A stretch of DNA of 49,476 nucleotides. Source: Octopus bimaculoides (Eukaryota). The notes under the pieces are model-generated. The model had not been told where the DNA came from. It saw nothing but the letters and a program-made list of their open reading frames with translations, and did no database searches. The position numbers and the translations under genes were made by a program. The stretch covers positions 30,928,401-30,977,876 of the forward strand of contig NC_068983.1 of the NCBI RefSeq assembly GCF_001194135.2. The letters run 5' to 3'. The stretch's first letter is position 1. Each line of letters begins with the position of its first letter. This document shows, piece by piece, positions 1-9,324 of this stretch.

Positions 1-9
1 GATTAATTT

Positions 10-124
10 ACCAAATTCGACTCCGCTGTATACGTCAGCCTGAAGCTAGCTATAGTAGAGACATTTGCAGAGGCATCACTCAATGGAATAATTGGATCCC
101 CAACCATGTGATCGTAAAGCGAAC
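10..124 (-). mobile_element. Degraded SINE fragment (family A)
   Basis: ctatagtagagacattt...aaccatgtgatcg resembles the better copies at 1105-1245 and 48335-48492. Confidence 0.45.
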
Positions 125-1044
125 TTTTTTTTTATCCACACTGCTATGCATATACCGATTGGTTGAAATGATCATAACGGTATTCTGTAGAGGTCAAGCA
201 GGTTTATGACAGAAGAAAGGTAGTTTATCCCGTCCTCCTCGGACATTTAGTTTATGCAACTTAAAAAAGTGCATTATTTATGGGATGACCCGATACAATT
301 ACACACGATTACAAAAGAACAAAAGGCAAAAGAAGACGGAAAAAATTTACAAGAATTAAGGAGTGCATAACATTATTACAGGAACTGGAGACGATTATGC
401 ATGCTACTAAGGTTAAAGTTTCTAGCTTTTCTACCGAGTTTATTCTTTTGTTTTTGCATGTAGTATTTATTGTTGCCCATGTACAATATTCTAAACAAAT
501 AGTCTCATGAAGTTCATAGTTTTAATGTCTGCTTCTCAATGCGTGCTGTAAATTATATGGTACACGTAAAGTTTAGCCAACAATTGCAGGAATTTGGTTT
601 GTTGTTGAAGGAGAGATTCTCTTTCGTTATTTAATTCGAAAGAATGAAATTGCGGGTGACTGTACAAGAAACAAGCAAATTGTCCCCTTTTTTAGTTGCA
701 GCAATTTTTTGTTTTTGCTTTATAGGAAAACGATGTTTCATTTCGTCTTCTACGAAATTCATGCATCTCAGAACTATGAATAGCTGATGTACGCAAATAA
801 ATACCTTTTTCTCTATTGAAAATTGTGACGAGCAACTGAATGTATAGGCCTAAAGGCTGGAGCGATTTTCGTAGTTTCATCGATATTAGATTCTTTAATA
901 TCTATGAAATTATTTTTCTTCAGTTCATTTAAATATATAGCTGCACATATATTCATATGGATTTGTTATAATATTGAATATTGTGCGACAAGTCATTTAT
1001 CTTTTGCAAATGCAGTACTGTATGCACTACAAGGTAAAAAGTAA

Positions 1045-1104
1045 TACACACTCACACGTGCGTGTGCGCACTCACTCACACACACACGTACACATACATA
1101 CACA
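1045..1104. repeat. Imperfect (CA)n microsatellite
   Basis: Direct reading. Confidence 0.85.
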
Positions 1105-1245
1105 CATATACGCCGAGCTTCTTTCAATTTCCGTCTACCAAATCTACTCACAAGGCTTTGGTCGGCCCGAAGCTATGGTAGAAGACACCCTTTGCACCAT
1201 GCAGTGGGACTGAGCCCCGAACCATGTGATTGGGAAGCAAGCCTT
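1105..1245 (-). mobile_element. SINE family A, 5' end cut by a MITE arm
   Basis: Reverse complement aligns with the plus-strand copy at 48335-48492 (accacatggttc, ccttgtgagt, ggtagacggaaa). Confidence 0.8.
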
Positions 1246-1388
1246 GGATCTATTTAAAACGGGGGCCACAGTATTTTCTTAACGAAACACTTTGAAACTT
1301 GGAACACTGGTAGAATGTGTCATATAAAACATCTTTTTCTCTTAGTCTTCTAAAAAAAAAAAAGAAATTCCTAAGTTATTCCATGTTA
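1246..1388 (+). mobile_element. Truncated left arm of the MITE found complete at 3727-4453
   Basis: Near-identical to 3727-3870 (ggatctattt(t)aaaacgggggccacagtattttc...ttattccatgtta); no right TIR seen. Confidence 0.9.
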
Positions 1389-1699
1389 GCAGATATGCTA
1401 ATATATGCTAAATTTTTCATATATTAGCAAATACGCACATCACAACAGCTTCGTATAGGTAAACGTGACATACACCTGCAAAAATCTGCGTTAAGGGCAG
1501 TGTTCCTCTTAGTGGAAGTGATGTAAGAAATTTATCGTAATACTTTCCATAACAATTTACGACCTCCATGTCATAGTGACATCACTGTACTCTGACTCTA
1601 TAAACTACAACTTAGTGACTTAGTTCTACATTAATTCTGTAATAGGTCATCAAACGAACTATTCAATTTTTTTTAAAAGGATAAAATTGGCACTCAATC

Positions 1700-1942
1700 G
1701 GTTACAACGAGTTGGGTTCCAGTTGATCCGATCAACGGAACAGCCTGCTCGTGAAATTAATAAGCAAGTGGCTGAGCACTCCACAGACACGTGTACCCTT
1801 AACGTAGTTCTCGGGGAGATCCACCGTGGTCCTTTGAATTACATGTAAAGGCTGGTCCTTTGAATTACATGTACGACTCATTTTTGCCAGTTGAGTGGAC
1901 TGGAGCAGCGTGAAATAAAGTACCTTGCTCAAGGACACAACG
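1700..1942 (-). mobile_element. SINE fragment sharing the family B 3' half, with a CORE-like segment
   Basis: ccgatcaacggaacagcctgctcgtgaaatta...gtagttctc matches 5180-5275; minus strand reads tgtgtccttgagcaaggtactt (CORE-like); internal duplication of ggtcctttgaattacatgta. Confidence 0.75.
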
Positions 1943-2539
1943 ACTTAGTGAGACAACTACTACACATTCTCTGCAAATCACCGGCTTATAACTTTTTAAC
2001 TAAGTTTGTACACTAAGGCTATACTAACACTACAAACGCTACGCATTCTAGGACAACTGCCACCGCCCATCCCAGCGCCCTTAATCCTGGATAAGTGACT
2101 ACTAACAATTGCCTTCTGAACAATTACTCCGCTGGGACAACTGCGTCCGTATAATTACCACCTGGACTATTCCCCCCAATTAAGTGAAAATTAAGAAAAA
2201 GCACAATTATTGCGGTGCAAATAATTACTTATGAAACTCAGTTTTTATTTTCATGATTTATCTGTTATCCAATTATAACAATAATTATCCATATAGCTGA
2301 CATAAACTAATAGATCGGAAGACCTAACAGAAACAACTGCTAGTGTACATAACTCATGTCACCTCTTCCCAGTAGAGTATTGTTTTCAGTTTAGAAAGTA
2401 AGCATTCAAGGTTTTTCATATCGTTTGCTTATGAGCATCATATAACCTGCTCACACAAATACTTAGCAGTAACACGGAAAATTTGAACTCACACCACTTG
2501 GTATTTGCTAATTATAAGGACTGAACGTCTATATTTAAA

Positions 2540-2543
<4 letters not shown>

Positions 2544-2574
<31 letters not shown>

Positions 2575-2590
2575 ACGTGCGCGTGTTGTA
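2544..2590. repeat. (TG)n microsatellite
   Basis: Direct reading. Confidence 0.95.
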
Positions 2591-2629
2591 TGCACATTAT
2601 ATATTACATTGCAATATACACGAGGGGTG

Positions 2630-3060
2630 AAGGCGGCGAGCTAGCAGAATCATTAGCACGCCGGGCGAAATTCTTCGAGGGTATTTTGTCTGGCGTTACG
2701 TTCTGAGTTCAAATTCCGCCGAGGTCGACTTTGCCTTTCATCCTTTCGGGGTCGATAAATTAAGTACCAGTTACGCACTGGGGTCTATGTAATCGACTTA
2801 ATCCCTTTGTTTGTCCCCCCTATGTTTAGCCCCTTGTGGGCAATAAAGAAATAAGAATCGTTAGCACGCCGGGCAAAATACTTAGCAGTTTTTCGTCCGT
2901 CTTTACATTCTCAGTTTCAATTCCACGGAAGTCGACTTTGCCTTTCATCCTTTTGGTAGTCGATAAAATAAGTACCAGTGAAACACTGGGGATCGATGTA
3001 ATCGACTTACACCCGCCCCCGAAATTGCTGGCCTTGTGCCAAAACCTGAAACCAATACAT
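2630..3060 (+). mobile_element. Dimeric SINE (family M, Meta-domain-like core) with 10-bp TSD
   Basis: Two head-to-tail monomers with core gcctttcatcctttcggggtcgataaattaagtaccag; acgaggggtg is repeated at 2620-2629 and 3061-3070. Confidence 0.9.
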
Positions 3061-3449
3061 ACGAGGGGTGGGCTGAAAAATTCATAGGTTGACTATGAAG
3101 AGATGATGCTAGAGATGTGAAATCTTGTGTGCATTAATTTCAAAATCTTCCTGCAGAAAAAGGGTTTAGCCCCCAACGACATTCATGCTGACATGATTGC
3201 TATATTAGGAGATGACGCTCCAGCTTTATCTATAATGCAAGAGTGCGCAGCTGAATTTAGGAGCAGAAGGGAGAGTCTTGAAGATGACCCAAGGTCTGGA
3301 CGTCCTACAACTGCCGCCTCTGAGGAAAATATTCGTTTTCACTACCACACGGTGATAGATGACAGGTCATTGACTAGAAATCAAATAGCCAATGCTATTA
3401 GCATATCCTGTGAAAGAGTCGAGAGTGTTCTGCACAATGAACTTGGCAT
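3061..3449 (+). mobile_element. 5' part of a mariner element (TIR plus N-terminal transposase pseudogene)
   Basis: TIR cgaggggtgggctgaaaaattcatagg; ORF from 3127 reads KKGLAPNDIHADM...EFRSRRESLEDDPRSGRPT...VLHNELGM (mariner HTH region and GRP motif); truncated after GM. Confidence 0.9.
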
Positions 3450-3499
3450 GCCGCCTTTTTTTCGTTTGTTTTTGTTTATTTTTTTTAGGAAATTATTAA

Positions 3500-3580
3500 A
3501 CGATACTTTTATGAGATATGCGCAGCCCTGTACGCGAACTCTCGACCTGCAAGAAATAGCATCTAAATCTCCAATAAGTC
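3500..3580 (+). repeat. Interspersed repeat fragment (family D)
   Basis: ctcgacctgcaagaaatagcatctaaatctcc is similar to 14530-14580 and 39280-39320. Confidence 0.5.
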
Positions 3581-3726
3581 AGATCTTTTATCTTTTTTTT
3601 ATTTTTTACTTGTTTCGGTCATTGAACTGCGGCCATACTGGTGCACCCACCTTGAATAGCAGAGTCGAACAAATCGACCCCAGAGCTATTTTCTTTTAAG
3701 ACAGATACTTATTGTATAGATCTTGT

Positions 3727-4453
3727 GGATCTATTTTAAAACGGGGGCCACAGTATTTTCTTAACGAAACACTTTGAAACTTGGAACACTGGTAGAATGT
3801 GTCATATAAAACATCTTTTTCTCTTAGTCTTCTTAAAAAAAAAAAAGAAATCCCTAAATTATTCCATGTTAAAGTTGTCGTATTTCTGTAATTTCAACCA
3901 ATCACTGACGTCCATTCAGCCGATATACATTAAGTGCCGACTACATAAACAAACGATTCTGAAACAATTCTATCGGTGATAAAATTATTATTTCCTTGTC
4001 AAAAAATGGCTGAAGCATATTGGCAGTAGCGAATAAACCTTTCTATTATAGGCTAACCCTAACCCTAACCCTAACCCTATGGTTAGGGTTAGGGTTAGGG
4101 TAAAACAGCAAATTTAAACAGAAAAAAGCAAATAAAACGAAGAAAAAAAAAGAAAATGAAAAAAGCAAATTTAAAATGAAAAAAGCAAATAAAACGAAGC
4201 TATGGAGATTAAATACGCTTTACACCGCTTAATCAGCCAAAGGAGTAAATATAAACAACTGAATACTTGTCAGTGATTGGTTGAAATTATCGAAATAAGA
4301 CAATTTTTTACATGAAATAAATTCGAATACAAAAATATTTTTCTGTTCTATAACACAAAATAGATAAGTATACGAAGTTTGAAAGTCTTTCGGTACCAAA
4401 AACACTACGTAAAACATTAATGAAAACTGTGGCCCCCGTTTTAAAATAGATCC
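3727..4453. mobile_element. 727-bp MITE with GG-starting TIRs and 8-bp TSD (Merlin-like)
   Basis: TIR ggatctattttaaaacgggggccacagt / actgtggcccccgttttaaaatagatcc; TSD gatcttgt at 3719-3726 and 4454-4461; second inverted block aatttcaaccaatcactgac. Confidence 0.9.
4053..4101. repeat. Interstitial telomeric repeats in inverted arrangement
   Basis: (TAACCC)4-TAT-(GGTTAG)3 directly readable. Confidence 0.95.
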
Positions 4454-4942
4454 GATCTTGTTTCTCGAATCCTTAAATTACGGGACGTAAACAAACCAAT
4501 ACGGGCTGTCCTGGGGTAACGGGGTACAAACACAACAACACATTTGTGATGCTAGATTGTAAATTTCTTATATCTTAGTCTCGTTATTCTTCGTTGTCTT
4601 TCATTCTCGATAAATGGAAAGTGTTTGTAGATCGAGCATTTACTCTCATGAGACAGAAAGAAAAAAGAAAAAGAAGTTGCCAGCAGACGGTTATGGAAAT
4701 CGAACTCTGTACTCCTAGAAATACCGGTTAAGTGCGCTACCATTTATTATGTAGCAAAGTTATTATCTAGCATTAAAATTGACATAAATGTTGTAAGGGA
4801 CTTTTTACCTTAAGGATACAAGGTTCGATTTCCGCAGCTGCCTGCTGGCAACTTTTTTTCCGTCTTACAAGAGTAAATACGCAATTTTTCTCTGTTGTCC
4901 TCACAGCTATACTGCGTTTGAAATTTGATTTCTTATCTGTAA

Positions 4943-5030
4943 AACACGCACGCTCACACACACACTCAAACACACACACACATGCACACGCACAAATACA
5001 CACACATACACACGCACATACACACATATA
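4943..5030. repeat. Imperfect (CA)n
   Basis: Direct reading. Confidence 0.85.
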
Positions 5031-5145
5031 GACGAACTTTTTCAGTGACAAAATCGACTCACAAGGTTGGTCCTAAATACATTATGTTGAAATAAAGATT
5101 GACGGATAACGGATCTGAACGTCTTTCATCATACGTTTTTCCGGT

Positions 5146-5527
5146 TGGCACTCCGTCGCTTACGACGACGACGAGGGTTCCAGTTAATCCGATCAACGGA
5201 ACAGCCTGCTCGTGAAATTAACGTGCAAGTGGCTGAGCACTCCACAGACACGTGTACTCTTAACGTAGTTCTCAGGGATATTCAGCGTGACACAGTGTGA
5301 AAAGGCTGACCCTTTCAATTACAGGCACAACAGAAACAGGAAGTAAGAGTGAGTGAAAGTTGTGGTGGAAGAGTACAGCAGGGTTCGCCACTATCCCCTG
5401 CCGGAGCCTCGTGGAGCTTCAGGTGTTTTCGCTCAATAAACACTCACAACGCCCGGTCTGGGAATCGAAACCGCGATCCTATGACCGCGAATCCGCTGCC
5501 CTAACCACTGGGCCATTGCGCCTCCAC
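5146..5527 (-). mobile_element. Near full-length tRNA-derived SINE (family B)
   Basis: Minus strand starts gtggaggcgcaaTGGCCCAGTGGttagg (A box) and gcGGTTTCGATTCCcag (B box); a related head is at 16750-16905. Confidence 0.9.
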
Positions 5528-6177
5528 ATACGTCTTTCCAACCAGGGGCTAAAAAACAACTACAACAACATCAACAATACATCGGAAATCCATCCTTGCG
5601 TTGCGGTCATGATTTCTCTTTTACACTTTTCTCCGAATAAGACAGACAATGGATAACTTTCGCTCGCAATGTCGCCTTTACGCTCGTTTGTTAGATTACT
5701 GACTGAAAATATATCCTTGAGAAAAGAACGAACATTACCTCTTTTCCTTAAAACTCCTCAGACTTTACGACTACGCAATAAAACCAATAGTTATTCTCCA
5801 TAACTTTCTTTAGTATTCTGCTGGTGTTACTTCTCATCAATTAAAACGTTTAACGGTCTGAACATTATACAATAGCGCTATTTCACCATGTTGACATGTG
5901 AGTGGAGAGATATTTAGATTTAGCTAAAGTTCGTTATCTTTCCAGATTTGTATGTAATCAATAGTCTCTTCAAATTAGCCACTCAGGATCTATCTATTGT
6001 TTTGATATTGTATAAATAATGAGGGATCTTCATTTTAAATTCTGAGATGTTGTGATTTTTTAGTCGTTCATAGCTTTGCTCCTAATCTCTTAGGATTTGC
6101 TTAATCTGTGAGCGAATTAGCAAGACAAGCGTTTCCTTCTTAGTAGCAGTTCTCTAAGAATTGTAATCTTTTACTAA

Positions 6178-6178
<1 letters not shown>

Positions 6179-6252
<74 letters not shown>

Positions 6253-6254
6253 AT
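6179..6254. repeat. Compound (ATT)n(GTT)n microsatellite
   Basis: Direct reading. Confidence 0.95.
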
Positions 6255-6870
6255 TGGCAGAATCATTAGCACGCCGGACGAAAAACTTAGCGGTATTTCG
6301 CCCGTCGTTACGTTCTTAGTTCAAATTCCGCTGTGGTCGACTTTGCCTTTCATCCTTTCGGGGTCGATAAATTAAGTTCCTGTGAAACAATGGGGTCGAT
6401 GTAATCGATTCATTCCCCCCCCCCAAAATAAAATGGCTGCCCTTGTGGTAAAATTTGAAACCATTATTCTTATAATAATAATAATAATAATAATAATTAT
6501 TATTATTATTATTTGCAGAATCGTTAGCACGCCGGGCAAAATACTTAGGGTGAATCGGTAAATTAAGTACCAGTAAAAACTGGGACCGATGTAATCGACT
6601 AGTCCCCTCCCACAAAATTTCAGGCCTTGTGCCAATAGTAGAAAGGACTATTGTTATTATTAGTTTTTCTTCTTTCGTTACCGCGCCGGGCAAAATACTT
6701 AGCGGCATTTCGTCCGTCTTTACGTTCTGAGTTCAAATTCCACCGAGGTCGACTTTGTCTATCATCCTTTTGGAGTAGGTTAAATTAATTACCAGTCAAG
6801 TACTGGGGTCAATGTAATCGATTTACTTCATCCTCCATGAATTGCTAATCTTGTGCCAAAATTTAAAATT
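6255..6870 (+). mobile_element. Chain of three family M SINE copies (6255-6465, 6513-6650, 6680-6870) separated by AAT/ATT repeats
   Basis: Repeated ggcagaatc(a/g)ttagcacgccgg heads and gcctttcatcc...aagtaccag cores; middle copy has an internal deletion. Confidence 0.9.
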
Positions 6871-6887
6871 ATTTAGTACTTGTTTAG

Positions 6888-7483
6888 TGTCCGGGCATTG
6901 CTGACTCGTGGAGTTTTGTGGAACAGCTGTTGGCATGTGTAGGACGGATCCGGTTATCAGCAGACTCTGTCATGAAGATTGCCCTGCCACCTTCTTTTAG
7001 CCGGGAAGAGAAGGCAGTTTTCCTCTGCATAGTGGCAGAGGTTAAGAGGACTGAAGATAGCTAGTTTCCTCTTCGGCAAAGCCCTCATCGACTTTTTATC
7101 AAGTCCCACTTGAAAATGAAACTGAAGGTGAAAAGGGAAGTGCTACCTTCTTGTATTTTCGTTGAAAGGTTAATGAATGTAGCGAGGATGGCCCGTGTGA
7201 ATGGGCCTTCTCTGAACATGTACTTGTAGGCCGGAGGAGTCAAGGGGGAATGAAGCGCCTACCTGAAGTGCCCTTGGCGATCGAGGTGACCAGGATGTGT
7301 GGGGTACTTTGGTTGGCCCCGAGAGGAACCCTCTCCTTTTGGGGAATATTATTGTTTAAATTTTGTCGTTAATTGTTTTGCTATTTATTTTGTACACGAA
7401 TATTGTGTTTAACCCCACTTGTCCCTTGTGTCGTATCGCCCCTATTTTTTTTGTGTTCGGCCCTTGTGGCCAATAAAGAAAAG
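6888..7483 (+). mobile_element. 3' end of an L1/Tx1-clade LINE (ORF2 C-terminus and 3'UTR)
   Basis: Reads CPGIADSWSFVEQLL...AVFLCIVAEVK, then after a frameshift FIKSHLKMKLKVKREVL...FVERLMNVARM...YL* (stop 7227-7229); ends cccttgtggccaataaagaaaag. Confidence 0.7.

Positions 7484-7537
<54 letters not shown>
7484..7537. repeat. (TTA)n microsatellite
   Basis: Direct reading. Confidence 0.95.
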
Positions 7538-7539
<2 letters not shown>

Positions 7540-7778
7540 GCCGCGTATTGGCAGAATCGTTACCGCACCATTAGCAGCATTTCGTCCATCTTTACGTTCT
7601 GAGTTCAAATTTTGCCGAGGTCGACTTTGCCTTTCAGCCTTTTGGGGTCGATAAAATCATTACCAGTCAAATACTGGGGTCGCTACAATCGATTTACTTC
7701 CTCCCTCGAACTTGCTGGCCTAGTGCCAAAATTAGAAACCATTATTATGATTATATTAAGGCGGAGAGCTGGCAGAAC
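7538..7778 (+). mobile_element. Family M SINE plus a second head fragment
   Basis: Head, core and tail match the other M copies; aaggcggagagctggcagaa at about 7757 is an isolated head. Confidence 0.85.
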
Positions 7779-8859
7779 TCGACCCGAACATGCTGGTAGT
7801 GGTGGTGGAGGCGTTCGGAAAGGTGGCTGGTGGCTGGCGTCAGGTTACCTCCGTATGAACTTATCACGAATAGCACGTGACAATCCGAAACCGGTAACAG
7901 CTGAAGTCCTGGAAATAATACGTCACTCTATTTACTTTAAGTGGTGCTATTACTTTGGTATTTATCGCTTAATGAATATGGGTCTGCGTGTTAAATGTCA
8001 CTCTAAAGTTGTTATTATTGTTGTTGCTTTTGTTGTTGATGCTGTTTCAGTTATCTCCGTGGAAGTTCTTTCATCGTTGTTTACAACTAACATCTTCACA
8101 CAATACATTACACATAGGCATCTTCCATATGGCTAGTAAGTATTAACAATAAAGAGACTGCATTAACATGGTGAGGTTCGTGCATTTAGATGTGTCAGTT
8201 TTTTTGTTTTGTTTTTTTTTTCCTATCGTTCTTAAATACTGAGGCACTGAAGTTGTCAATACAACTGTAGCTTATCTTTACATTATTTTTGTTAAAGATT
8301 TTGCGAAACTTATGGTTTGCGTGGTAAACGTTTATTTAATAGATTAGGAAGGAAAGTGTTATGTTTGAATTGACATTCAAACTAAACGACAAGCTATGTG
8401 ATGTGATCTTTTTCTGCTGTCATCGTTAGTCATAATCCGTCTAAGTACATATTGGATTTCAGTTATTTATGAGTATGTACTGTGTTACTTTATCAAGTGA
8501 TAGTTATATAGAGTTTATACCGTATGGGTTGTATTATTAGATGGTAGATGAATTGAATATGCGTTGTGTAAGTTTTATTATTTCATTGACTCATACTTGT
8601 ATCGTGTTGAGTGTTAGGCGTATCACTGAAATGAAAGTCTAGATTACGGGCAGTGTATAGCAAGACTATATTTACATTGTATGCATAAATTGCAGGTTTT
8701 TGGTATCGTTTTCATGTTATTGTACACTAACACACCCATGCCATCAAAAATGACAGTATTGTCAATGGTAGAAAATGGTGCATTCATTCAAAGTGATTGA
8801 AGAAAAAAACGCTAAATTTCTTAAGATTTCGAATAGAAAAACTACAATAATTCTTAAAT

Positions 8860-9230
8860 TTGATGCTACGTTTTACATTTATAAGACTTTGGCATGACAA
8901 CAGCTTAGTAATCTTTCGATTTTGTCTCCTCATCACTTTCCGTGAAAAGCATATTTTAAATGGAATTTTGCAGAGATACGTTTTCGTGAACAACGCTTTT
9001 TCGGTTCTCCAGCTGGATATCGTTTCTTGTAAATAAATTAAAATAATGCTTTTACGTTTTTTTTTTGTTTTTTTTTGTCTATGGTAATCACAACCATTGG
9101 CGATTTTATTCAACAAATGTATAAATGGGTTCAGATAGAGGTGGAAGAGTAAAGAAGATATCAAGTGTTCGAGAAATAATCCTTTTCCTATGGGCATAGA
9201 ACTGGTTTTTAACAGCTCCTCTTTGTCTTA
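8860..9230 (-). pseudogene. Decayed RT fragment of an RLE-type (R4/Dong-like) LINE
   Basis: PIGKGLFLEHLISSLLFHLYLNPFIHLLNKIANG aligns without gaps to the recalled RT motif PIKRGIFQGDSLSPLLFCLALNPLSRLLNKxxxG; most differences are single-base codon changes. Confidence 0.6.
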
Positions 9231-9324
9231 TTGCGATAGGAATTCCTGCTCTGTAAAAGAAAAAGAAAGAAAAAGTGGAACAAGAATTCAACTGTAACAG
9301 AAACAATAACCAAACGTCCATAAA

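Larger units (their letters stand above)
3603..4535 (-). mobile_element. SINE family C, split by a MITE (halves 3603-3726 and 4454-4535)
   Basis: Sequence reads continuously as a SINE once the MITE and one TSD copy are removed. Confidence 0.75.

Noticed and set aside
270-295. tttatgggatgacccgata, like the right TIR of the 32318 mariner
   Set aside because: No matching left TIR or coding sequence found; too short to annotate.
1393-1430. Small inverted repeat tgctaatatatg / catatattagca
   Set aside because: 12-bp AT-rich hairpin with no context; plausible by chance.
2050-2180. Degenerate (g)acaa(c/t)t(g/a)c repeats resembling subterminal repeats of non-autonomous DNA elements
   Set aside because: No termini or TSD could be defined.
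4690-4870. tRNA-like scraps (gaaatcgaactc; aggttcgatttcc)
   Set aside because: No cloverleaf; at most highly decayed SINE heads.
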